Of a DNA stretch of 64,000 nucleotides, positions 22,472-34,648 are shown piece by piece (within the stretch, counting starts at the first letter, position 1; each line of letters starts with the position of its first letter). The DNA is taken from assembly GCA_002269645.1 (NCBI GenBank), contig NIVC01001566.1, positions 62,001-126,000 of the forward strand. Reading direction: 5' to 3'. This DNA comes from Macrostomum lignano (lineage: Eukaryota). The position numbers and the translations under genes are program-made. Below the pieces are notes generated by a model. That model worked only from the letters and a program-made list of their open reading frames with translations, was not told the origin of the DNA and ran no database searches.

Positions 22472-24360
22472 AATGCCACATGGGCAAATGCCATAAATAA
22501 GAAGTGTATTTCTTATTTTGATTGATTTAAAAAGTTGTAACAAGTTTTGCACAGTTTTGTATTAGAATTCAACCTTTTGGGACACCTTTTATAATTTATC
22601 AACTAGTTAATTTAGCTCTTAATAGCTTTGCCATCTTCATAAATTGCTTAAAAATGTATATATAACAAAAATTGGCTTTACAGAAACCCCAGTGTAGTGT
22701 AGAAAATATAAGTATAGATAGAGATAAATGGTGGCAATGTGGTATAAAAATACTACAATATTGAAAAAATTTGCCAACATTGTGTGATATACCTAAAACT
22801 TAAACTGTATCTAATTAAAAATTAAACAAAAACTATTGTTGATTATTAATAGATAATTAATAATAAGCATCCTAACTTTGAATAATAACCTTAGTCTCAA
22901 TTAGTAATTTGCCAGAGCCCAATGCCAATGCAATAAATTAAGCCTATTTTCATTTTTTTCAATTTATATACATGTAAAAACCTACTTATACCATAGCATA
23001 GAATATACATGTGCAACAGTTAGCCAAGTCAGCCAATCTGGCTGACCAATTTGATAGCCAACCAAGGTAAGTTGCAAAAATGCCCACCCAAATAAATATC
23101 CCAAGTAGTACTAAGTACATGACAAGGCATTTTGCCTTAATAAGACAAAATTGTCTTAGTTGTTTTGTCATAGTTACTCTTGCCATTTACCCAAAGTTGT
23201 ATTAATTTTGCTTTAGGGTTTCTTTTACATGTAAGTTGCATTCTTGGCCAAAAACTACTGTAACGAGTCCGGTATATTTAATATTACTAGCGAAGAGAGA
23301 GTATTAGCAACGTATATCAATGGTTCAGCAGATACGTCTGTCAGTCCTGGACGATTTACTATACTCGGAGCATAAGAAATCTTACTGTCTTAGTATGAAT
23401 GCGTACACTGGTGATTGGCTCTGATTATAATTATTGTATCTCACGTACATGCTAGGTTGATCTACGTCCCAGGCTGCCACACGCTTACAGAAAAAGACTA
23501 GAACTTACATGTTAAAATTATGAGTCGCATTTCTTGGAAACGGAAACCAAATTAACAAAATACGTAATATTAAACCCTAGAATAAATTACGCACGTAATC
23601 TAAACAGCTAAGGATTTGAATAAAGTTAAAATACACCATATAAATAAACTAGATTCGAATTACAGAATTTCCAAACCGTTACACTACATTACATTTTTGT
23701 TAAAACAAGTTGCATGGCCGACCAAATTTTGGAGGTTGCACATGTATGGCATAGAAACAACTTTAAGGTTATATTATAAACAAAATACACATAAGTATAT
23801 TTATTTATACATAAGTAAAGGGCATAAGGTGGTCCATAACTTGAAAGAATTTTTATTTTATTTTCCAACACTATATATTATTTTATTTTTTATATAATAT
23901 CATCAAAAAAATTGCTTATCTAACCTACTTGCTGATCCAAATAAAGAATATAATCTAAAGAAAGAAAAATCCAACATTTAGTGCTAAGATTAAGAAATTA
24001 AATAAATCACATTATACTATTATCATTATCAGGTTTTTATTCTTTCTTTAATTTAATGTGCTACCTTGAGAAAAATATCCTCTACTCCATTACTATGTTA
24101 TATATGTTTTAATCAAAGTGATCTAGACAAAATTTTATTGGTTTATAAAAAATGGGCTTATTTTGATAATATTAAATGCAACTTTAAAAAATAAATAATA
24201 AATTCTTGTTTTTATGGTAGGTTTACTTATTCTTCATTTCAAAAGAATAGACATAAACATTTAAACAAAATTATGAATATAAAGATAAAAAAGTTTAAAA
24301 ATTCAATGGTGGATTTAGAGAGAAGACATTCAGGGTGCATATCCCCTAGGCCTTGCCTTA

Positions 24361-24767
24361 GGGTTTTAGTCACTTTGTCTACTACCAACTTGTCTACTGA
24401 CAGCTTGTCTACCAAAATACATACAACTAAGCTCACTTATGATGGCAATCTTATTAAATCTGAAACCATTTTTATTTTGTTTTTTTTATAAAAAAACCTT
24501 ATTTTATTTCCTCTAAATCTGTAAATATTATTCTAAACACTTAACAATTAAAATATATAGAAAATTAGTATACGTCTAACAAAGTAATTAATTTAAGAAT
24601 TGAATATGAAGTGTCTTTATAAATGAAAATGTATCAATTACACTTATCTATTTGAATAATTTTATTAATATTAGATTATACTGACTCCTCTTTTCTACTT
24701 TTCAGATAAAGCCAACTTGTCTGCAAGTTGATAAGTTGGTAATATACAAAGTGACTGAATTTGGCCC
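24361..24767. mobile_element. MITE-like element with imperfect TIRs and TA flanks
   Basis: Left GGGTTTTAGTCACTTTGTCTACTACCAACTTGTC matches the reverse complement of the right end, GGGCCAAATTCAGTCACTTTGTATATTACCAACTTATC; TA on both sides. Confidence 0.55.
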
Positions 24768-25527
24768 TAAGCCTTTTATTATCCATTGAGTTATAATTTT
24801 TGTATTTTTATATAGAAAAAAAACATTGTGTATATATACATGCATAATAATATACATGTGCATATATTTTATTAACAGTGTTGAACACTAATAATGAAAA
24901 TCTTAACTTCTGTTAATGGCAAAAGTGTAAGCATTAAAACAAAAAATCTTAACTTATTAACTCTAAATTCCATTAAGTTAACTAAAAGTCAACTGATAAT
25001 TGTTACCAAGCATTAATCCATTAAAGTTAACATAAAAAATACAGAAATCTTGCACTTTTTTCAAACAGACTTTTATAATATATTGTCTTTGCTTTTCCAC
25101 CTTTTTAGGCAAACACAAAGGTCATCTAAGAGATTTACAAACTAAAAAATTAATAAATAATAATTTTTAAATGTGTATGCATAATACTACTAAAAGTAAG
25201 CATATAGTAAAAGATATAACTTGTTTATTTGAAATTTAAAAGCTAATTAGTTAATAATAAAATAGATTATTATTTTATTGTTACAATTTACAACAAATAC
25301 AAAGGTTGTTTCAATATTAACAAGCACAGCAGAAAGTTACGAAAGATTTGGAAAGAAGTAAATCAAAGTGATCCATGCTCATGTGCAAGTAATGTTATAA
25401 CTTTTTATAAGACATATTTTTATTCTTTCTTTGCATCTTTGGTCATTGAAATTGCCATTAACATTGATGATGAGTTTGTTGTTAACTTACAAAATTATTA
25501 ATGCAAATTTGTTAATCCATTAGTGCA

Positions 25528-26244
25528 GTCTTTAACAGGATTAGAAATGTCTAGACACCCAGTCACAGTACCATCCTAGACAACAAGCTCGCAGACTTTT
25601 TTCCAAAGAAGGCACAACTAGACGGCAACCACCATCTAATAAGGTTACCCATTCCTAGGTTGCAAGTCACCTGCCATATCAACAAGTGGCTCCACCAGCC
25701 AGCAACACCAGCTTTACTAGAACAGCTATACCAACTCCAAGCAAACCAGCTCTGCTATGTCTAGGGCCTAACTTAAACAAGAAAGTCTCTAAATATCTAA
25801 TTTAACAAAACCAACCTTAGGGAGATATGCATAGTCCTAACTAGCCATGGTTTCTTCTAGAGACATCTTGTTGCAAACCAATTGCCCTCCTACCTATCTT
25901 TTTTGTGGCATAAGAGAGGAGACTGGAAACTGTGGAGCATCATGTTACTTGCTCTTACTTTAATAAGGCGTGGCATAAATACCTCAGCCATCCTCAGTGG
26001 ATGGACAAGCTGATAACCACCCTGGACAATAGGCCCTATCCATGACCTTCGTGCCTTTGTCTAGGACTCCAGCTGGATGAGAGTTGCCGATGCCTCTATT
26101 GCAAACCTGCCAACTACTGGCAGGGGCTAGCATACTCCCAAGGGAAGGTTAATCCTAAAACTCTTTTACCTTAGGTTGCAATAGGGACCTTGCAGCCTAT
26201 TTGCAGTGCCTGCACCCCCTATCAGTAGTAAGTAAGTAAGTAAG
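25528..26244 (+). mobile_element. 5'-truncated, decayed non-LTR retrotransposon 3' end
   Basis: 15-bp TSD TAATCCATTAGTGCA (25513-25527, 26245-26259), (AGTA)n tail, and a remnant LTSHGFF*RHL...ETVEH C-terminal zinc-knuckle region. Confidence 0.8.
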
Positions 26245-27658
26245 TAATCCATTAGTGCAAAAAATCCTAATAGCAGTCTGTTAATGACTTAGGCCTGCTG
26301 TTAATAAAAATCTTAATGCTTATTAACTCTTATTAATGGATTAACATAAATTTAATAATGGACTGGTGCCCAACATTGTTTATTAATCTGCCCCCCATTC
26401 AAAATTTTCTAGATCTGTACCTGTAGATATGTATATTTTAATGTCATACATAGGGGCCTTATTAAATTAATAGACACCAAATACTAATAGGCCTAGTATA
26501 GTTCTAGTGGCAACGCAAGTGGCTCAACCTATTTTCCAGATTGCAGGTGGCGGCAGCAGGCCTATGGCAATATGATAGAATTAAAACATCTAGTCTCTAA
26601 ACGAATGAAGAGTAGACAATTGTATAACACTAAATTAAAATAAAGGAAAGTTATTAAAAAGACCAATTGTCATTTGAGTTAAATTGAATGCATGCAGGCA
26701 GGCGCAACGCAAGAAAATTTTGAGTAGGGGCCTGCATTTGTATACTGTATACATAGACTTTAATCTACATGATCTACCTTAATCTCATAATTTCATGATA
26801 ATTTATATAACCCATAGAAAAAAATCTATTTCTCTGCCTGCGGCCTGCCCGCTTGCCGGTGCCGGCGCTTGGGGACGCCTCTAAATCCTCTAACTGTGTA
26901 CAGTGACAGTAACTCGGCTCTCTTTCTGTTTTGGATCCCATTTCTTCTTTCTCTTTGGGTCCTTTTCGTCTTTTGACAGTTCATATCCGAATACGTGAAC
27001 TACTACAAATCAGAGTCCAGACCATGTGTGGGTTCCCCGACAGATATTCACCCGACAGATATTTTTTCTTCGGGCAGATAATTCAAACAAAAAATGAATT
27101 TATGTTTCGGGATACATTTCTTACTCTGACGCCATATTCAGCTTTAAAAATTTGTAAGCAGAATTTTTCTGACCCAAAGAATAAAAAATTGGCATGAATG
27201 CAAAGTGTGTCAAAAGACGAATTCATTGGCACCCCTAACAAACACATTTTGGAAGCAAATATCTCGGGAAATACAAACGGGAATCATGTGTCTAAGATGT
27301 CATTGCAAAGCTGAGACATGCGTCAAGAAGTGATAAAAGTTTCAGAGCAAATGATTGAAGCATTGAGACGCAGCGATAAATCAAAGTTTTTGTTGATCAA
27401 CGATCTTCAACCAAGATAAACCAAAAAGCACAGCATTTGAAAAACTATTTCCATACTTTTAACTTTCTGCAAAAATTGTACTCAGTTTTGCGAGACGTAA
27501 TAGATAAAGTTGGGGGAGGGTTCAACTTCTCACTGCTGCTGTGTATTGGAGGGTTGATTTAGATTGACTGACTGACTGTGAAATCAGTTGCGCAATGAAT
27601 TGATTCAATTAGTTCAATATTTTTATCAGTGCCTTTTAACACAAACCTGTGCGTAGTT

Positions 27659-27688
27659 CTAACCCTAACCCTAACCCTAACCCTAACC
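27659..27688 (-). repeat. Interstitial telomeric repeat (TTAGGG)5; also at 30508-30541, 33102-33131, 35511-35534 and 38572-38601
   Basis: CTAACC x4-5.5 at the same position in each module. Confidence 0.95.
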
Positions 27689-27779
27689 AATGAATCCGGA
27701 GAGTTGAGTTGTTTGACGGAAAAAATTCGATTGAGTCCAGTTTAGCGGAGACGATTTCAATGTTTTAATTTTGACGAAG

Positions 27780-28080
27780 AGGATTTCTGTTTCGTGGAGA
27801 GGATTTCGATGGTGTTCAGTTTCGTGGAGAGGATTTCGATGGCGTTCACTTTCGTGGAAAGGATTTCGATGATGTTCAGTTTCACGGAGAGGATTTCGAT
27901 GATGTTCAGCTTCACGGAGAGGATTTCTGTTTCGCGGAGATAATTTATGATTGATTTCTGTTTTATGGAGACCATTTTGATGGATTTAAGTTTCAAGGAG
28001 AGGATTTCGAAGGAGTCCAGTTTCACGGAGAGGATTTCGATGGTTTTCAGTTGCACGGACAGGATTTTTCTGCTTCGCGG
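27780..28080. repeat. 30-bp subrepeat (GAGAGGATTTCGATGATGTTCAGTTTCACG); recurs in each module (30610-30900, 33210-33390, 35610-35930, 38680-38830)
   Basis: Period 30 visible (27801 vs 27831); copy number differs between modules. Confidence 0.85.
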
Positions 28081-28109
28081 AGAGGATCTTGATGGATTTG
28101 GCATCTTCA

Positions 28110-29190
28110 ATCAGTCAGAGAAGAGAGTAAAGAGAAGAATGAAAAGAGAAGAGAGATGAGATGATAGAAAACAGAGTAGAAATGAATGGAGAGATTAGAC
28201 ATGACAGATGGAAGAGAAGAGGGGAGTAAGGCGGGAACGAAGGAAGAGAAAAGAGAAGAGGAGAGAGGAGATGAAGGGAGAGGATATGAGAGAGGAGATA
28301 TGAGATAGCAGAGAGGAGACAGGAGAGAAAAGAAAGGAGGGATAAGAGCGTACAGAGGCAAAAAAAGAGAGGAAAGAGAGAAGAGAGGTGAGAGGTGAGA
28401 GGTGAGAGGAGAGAGATGAAAGATCAGAGATCAGAGATTCAAGAGAAGAAAGTAGTGAGGAGAAAGAAGAGGGTAAAGATAAGAGTGCAGAGAGGAGAGA
28501 AACGAGAGGAGACAGGTGATAGAAAAGAGTGTAAAAAACAGGATATAAGAAAGGAGAGGGTGAGAGTGAGAGCATATAGGAAAGTGTAAAAGGGGAGAGA
28601 GAATAGATAAGTGAGTAGAGAAGAGATATGAGAGAGGAGAGAGGAGAGATTAGAGAAGAGATGAGGGGAGATAAGAGGAGAGAAGAGGGAATGGAGAGGA
28701 GAGAAAAGAGAGGAGAGGAGACAGGTGATGCAGTAGAAAGGGAAGAAAGATGGTAGATAAGAAAGGAGAGGGTGAGAGCGTATAAGAGATACGAGTACTG
28801 AAAGCAGAGAGAAGAGAGAAAAGGGAAGAGAGAAAGTAGAGCGGAGACGATAGATAAGTGAGTAGAGATGAGATATGAGAGAGGAGAGAAAAGGGGAGAG
28901 ATAAGAGAGAAGATATGAGAGTAGACAGGAGAGGGTACAGACGAAAGGCGAGGGAGAAGAGATAAATAAGGGAGTAGAGATGAGATATGAGAGAGAAGAG
29001 ATAAGCGAGAAGAGTAGGAATAGAGGAGAGAGAGAAGCGAGAGAAGGGAGAGAGGAGGGAGAAGAGAGATGAAAGATCAGAGAGGAGAGAGATGAAAGTG
29101 TAGAGAGGAGTAATTAGTGAGGAGAAAGAAGAGAGTAAAAATAAAAATCAGAGCGCAGGGCGCAAGAGATGAGAGATGGGAGTTGATAGA
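28110..29190. repeat. GA-rich polypurine low-complexity tract; also at 30940-31640, 33410-34330 and 35950-36990
   Basis: The + strand is almost entirely A/G. Confidence 0.92.
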
Positions 29191-32100
29191 TTGTAGAGGA
29201 TTTGGAGATGATTTGGAAGATGGGATTCAATTCATTGAATTTCAGCTGATAGGAGTTCTTCCCCTTCAGAATTCCGGTGATGGGAGTTCTTCCCCTATCT
29301 CCTCCGAAGGAGGAGTTCCACTCGTCTATATACTAAAGCTGACGTCGTGGTCCGGTGGTAGGGTGGGCCGGTGGGCCGGGTTTGTCGACGATCTCCTCCT
29401 AGGATTCTTGCAACTCAACTTTCAAACCGGTACCAAAACATGTCAAATGTCCCGACGATGCTACAATTTAAAATTCATTTTCAAATTTCAATTTTAAGTG
29501 CTTCAAAAAAGCAGAAAACAGCACAAACCAGACAGCCAGATGTCTATATATCGCATTCCATGGACTTCCTTCCACTTGACGCTATTTTGTATGGTTGCGC
29601 CACAACTTTTCTCCTATCTCTGCAGTGTATTTCATTTCAGCTGGGGGAGGGTCGCCGGCACTTGAGAATTGGCGGCCTACTTGCTCAGTGTTAAAAAGGG
29701 GTGGAGGTGCACACTGCGCGAGAATGGATGGCTTGATTTTTTAACTCATCACAGAGTGTACATTGCGCTCTGCAAGTAAGAAACGGGAAAACTTGCACCT
29801 TAATTTCTGCTTTTAATTTTCAAGCTACAGAAAAGTGAATCACACCGTTGGAAAGAGTTTGAAAAACTGAACAGAATGGTATAATTTTCTGTTCCGAAAT
29901 CTCAACTGCATCAGAGCAATTTGTCATAGAAAATTTCTTGATTTCAATTTGTCAACCCTGGCTCACTGGCTGACTTTATAGATAATTGCGCAATGATATG
30001 GCTACTGATAAGTTTTCCTGCCTTTCAATGGGCAGTCCTGTGTATTTGTTGGACATTGAAATTCAATGCATCATCTTGCAAGCAGGCAGTGAACGTACAC
30101 TCGATACTTCAATGCTATAAATCAGACAGTTTCAAACGCTAACTGTTCCTCGAGTTTTAAACTTTGAGAGGAGAAACTTATATTGCTGGCAAGATCTTGC
30201 AACGCTGAGTTCGGGGATATAAGTTGTTTGATTTAAATATGAAAAGAAAAAGCACAGCATTTGAAAAACTATTTCCATACTTTTAACTTTCTGCAAAGAT
30301 TGTACTTTAATCTGCAAAGATTGTTGGGGGGAGGGTTCAACTTCTCACTGCTGCTGTGTATTGGAGGGTTGATTTAGATTGCGCAATGTTTTTGTTAACT
30401 TTACCTGAGGCTGATACTGACTGACTGTGAAATCGGTTGCGCAATGAATTGATTCAATTAGTTCAATATTTTTATCTGTGCCTTTTAACACGAAGCTGTG
30501 CGTAGTTCTAACCCTAACCCTAACCCTAACCCTAACCCTAATGAATCTGGCGAGTTGAGTTGTTTGACGGAAAAAATTCGATTGAGTCCAGTTTAGCGGA
30601 GACGATTTCAATGTTTAAATTCTGACGGAGAAGATTTCTGTTTCGTGGAGAGGATTTCGATGATGTTCAGTTTCACGAAAGGATTTCCATGGTGTTCAGT
30701 TTCACGGAGAGGATATCGATCATGTTCAGCTTCACGGAGAGGCTTTCTGTTTCGCGGAGATAATTTATGATTGATTTCTGTTTTATGGAAACAATTTTGA
30801 TGGATTTAAGTTTCAAGGAGAGGATTTCGAAGGAGTCCAGTTTCACTGAGAGGATTTCGATGGTTTTTAGTTGCACAGACAGGATTTTTGCTTCGCGGAG
30901 AGGATCTTGATGGATTTGGCATCTTCAATCAGTCAGAGAAGAGAGTAAAGAGAAGACTGAAAAGAGAAGAGAGAAGAGATGATAGAAAACAGAGTATAAT
31001 TGAGTGGAGAGATTAGACATGACAGATTGGAGATGATAGGAGAGAGAATAGATGAGGGATAAGAGCGTAAAGAGGCAATAGAAGAGAGGGGAGAGTAGAG
31101 GAGAAAGAAAGAGTGAGATGAGGAGATGAGGGATGAGAGAGCAGGGGAGAGAGGAGACAGGAGAGAGTACAGACGAAAGACTAGGGAGAAGATATAAATA
31201 AGGTAGTAAAGATGAGAGGAGAGAGAGGAGAGAGAAGCGAAAGGAGAAGAGAGTGAGGAGAGAGGAGAGAGATGAAAGGAGCAAGGAAAGGAGAAAAGAG
31301 AGAATGGAGAGAATAGAAAAGAGAGAAGAGAAGAGACAGGGGATAGTGAAAAGGAGGAAGAAAGATGGGAGACAAGAAAGTAGTGTCAGAGCGTATATGA
31401 AATATGAGAAATGAGAGCAGAGAGAAGAGAAAAGATAAGAGAGAGAGAGGGTTAAGAGAGACGATAGATAAGTGAGTAGAGATGACATATGAGAGAGGAG
31501 AGAAGAGGGAGAGATAAGAGTGAAGAGAGGAGACAGAAGACAGGAGAAGGTACAGACGAAAGACGAGGGAGAAGAGATAAACAAGGGAGCAGGGGTAGAG
31601 ATGAGATGAGAGAGAGGAGAGAGGAGATATGAGAGACTTGAGAGTCTTTGAGCTATGGTCTTTGAAAGATTTTGTAAAGAATTTGGAGACGATTTGGAAG
31701 ATAGGGTTAAAGACATGGAATTTCAGTTGATGGATATTTCAGGGAATAGAATTCCGGTGATGGGAGTTCTTCCCCTTTCTCCTCCGAAGGAGGAGTTCCA
31801 CTCGTCTATATACTAAAGCTGACGTCGTGGTCCGGTGGTAGGGTGGGCCGGTGGGCCGGGTTTGTCGACGATCTCCTCCTAGGATTCTTGCAACTCAACT
31901 TTCAAACCGGTACCAAAACATGTCAAATGTCCCGACGATGCTACAATTTAAAATTCATTTTCAAATTTCAATTTTAAGTGCTTCAAAAAAGCAGAAAACA
32001 GCACAAACCAGACAGCCAGACCAGATGTCTATATATCGCATTCCATGGACTTCCCACTTGACGCTATTTTGTATGGTTGCGCCACAACTTTTCTCCTATC

Positions 32101-34616
32101 TCTGCAGTGTATTTCATTTCAGCTGGGGGAGGGTCGCCGGCACTTGAGAATTGGCGGCCTACTTGCTCAGTGTTAAAAAGGGGTGGAGGTGCACACTGCG
32201 CGAGAATGGATGGCTTGATTTTTTAACTCATCACAGAGTGTACATTGCGCTCTGCAAGTAAGAAACGGGAAAACTTGCACCTTAATTTCTGCTTTAAGGT
32301 TGGGAAGATTGGAAATTATCCGAGGTCGGCTATAGGCTATTTTAATTCTGAAATTTTAATTTCTAAGATCCTCAAAAAAAGCAGAAAACTGCCTTTTTGA
32401 CCCCCAATAACCTTCTTTTGCTACTCTGCCTGGGGCTTCAGCCAGTTTGTAAAAATAGCCACCCCAACCTCCGCCCGCGGGCCGCTGTGTATTGAGGGGT
32501 GGTGGGTGCGCGTGTTCTGCGTTCAATGCAAATAAAACCCCCGCGAGTTGAGGGGTTGAGTTAAATTTAATGATTCCCCCGGAACGGGGGGGTTGGGCTT
32601 GGGCTGAGTGTACATAGCTGTTGTAAACAGATAGAACTGTGCCGAGATTCAATTGGTTTTATTATCGGCCCTGTGTATTAGCTGGGCAGTGAATTTCAAT
32701 GAATAAACTTGCGAGCTTCTCTAGCAAGCAGTTGGGAAATCGGTAAATTTCAAACGCTAACTGTTCCTCGAGTTTTAAACTTTGAGAAGAGAAACTTATA
32801 TTGCTGGAAAGATCTTGCAACGCTGAGTTCGGGGATATAAGTTGTTTGCTTTAAATATGAAAAGAAAAAGCACAGCATTTGAAAAACTATTTCCATACTT
32901 TTAACTTTCTGCAAAGATTGTACTCAGTTTTGCGAGACGTAATAGATAAAGTTGGGGGGAGGGTTCAACTTCTCACTGCTGCTGTGTATTGGAGGGTTGA
33001 TTTAGATTGACTGACTGACTGTGAAATCAGTTGCGCAATGAATTGATTCAATTAGTTCAATATTCTTATCAGTGCCTTTTAACACAAACCTGTGCGTAGT
33101 TCTAACCCTAACCCTAACCCTAACCCTAACCAATGAATCCGGAGTTGAGTTGTTTGACGGAAAAAATTCGATTGAGTCCAGTTTAGCGGAGACGATTTCA
33201 ATGTTTTAATTTTGACGGAGAGAATTTCTGTTTCGTGGAGATAATTTATGATTGATTTCTGTTTTATGGAGACCATTTTGATGGATTTAAGTTTCAAGGA
33301 GAGGATTTCGAAGGAGTCCAGTTTCACGGAGAGGATTTCGATGGTTTTCAGTTGCACGGACAGGATTTCTGCTTCGCGCGGAGAGGATCTTGATGGATTT
33401 GGCATCTTCAATCAGTTAGAGAAGAGAGTAAAGAGAAGAATGAAAAGAGAAGAGAGATGAGATGATAGAAAACAGAGTAGAAATGAGTGGAGAGATTAGA
33501 CATGACAGATGGGAGAAAAAAGGGGAGTAAGGCGGGAACGAAGGAGAGAGAAGAGAAGAGGAGAGAGGAGATGAGAGGGGAGATATGAGATAGCAAAGGG
33601 ATACAAGAGAGATAATAGGAGAGAGAATAGATGAGGGATAAGAGCGTACAGAGGAAATAGAAGAGAGGGAAGAGTAGAGGAGAAAGAAAGAGTGAGATGA
33701 GGGGATGAGGGATGAGAGAGCAGGGGAGAGAGGAGAGAGAAGAGAGGAGAAAAGAGGGGAGAAAGGAGAGAGAAGCGAAAGGAGAAGAGAGAGAGGAGAG
33801 AGGAGAGAGATGAAAGATCATAGATGAGAGAGTTAAGAGAGGAAAGTAGTGCGGAGAGGAGAGATGAGAGATGCGATGAGAAGAGATGCGTGAGAACATA
33901 AGAGAGAAGAGATTAGAGATTAGAGATTAGAGAAGAGAGGGGAGAAGATGAAAGGAGCAAGGAGAGGAGAAAAGAGAGAATGGAGAGGATAGAAAAGAGA
34001 GAAGAGAAGAGACAGGGGATAGTGGAAAGAAGGAAAGAAAGATGGGAGACAAGAAAGTAGAGTGTGAGAGCGTATTTGAGATATGAGAAATGAGAGCTGA
34101 GAGAAGAGAAAAGAGAAGAGAGAGAGAGGGTTAAGAGAGACGATAGATAAGTGAGTAGAGATGATATATGAGAGAGAAGAGAAGAGGGAGAGATAAGAGA
34201 GAAGAGAGGAGACAGGAGACAGGAGAGGGTACAGACGAAAGACGAGGGAGAAGAGATAAATAAGGGAGTAGGGGTAGAGATAAGATGAGAGAGAGGAGAG
34301 AGAAGAGAGTCACGATAATAGCGAAGAGAGTAGAGAGGAGATATGATAGACGTGAGAGTCTTTGAGCTATGGTCTTTTAAAGGTTTTGTAAAGAATTTGG
34401 AGACGATTTGGAAGATAGGGTTCAAGGCATGGAATTTCAGTTGATGGATATTTCAGGAAATGGAATTCCGGTGATGGGAGTTCTTCCCCTTTCTCCTCCG
34501 AAGGAGGAGTTCCACTTCTTAATACTAAAACTGGTGCGTTGTTTGTCTGTGTGTGTGTGTGTTTGTTGGATATCTCCTCCTAGAATATCTATCTATATAT
34601 ACTAAAGTTGACGCGT

Positions 34617-34648
<32 letters not shown>

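Noticed and set aside
26697-26880. Small GC-rich-ended MITE
   Set aside because: Could not establish matching termini or a TSD.
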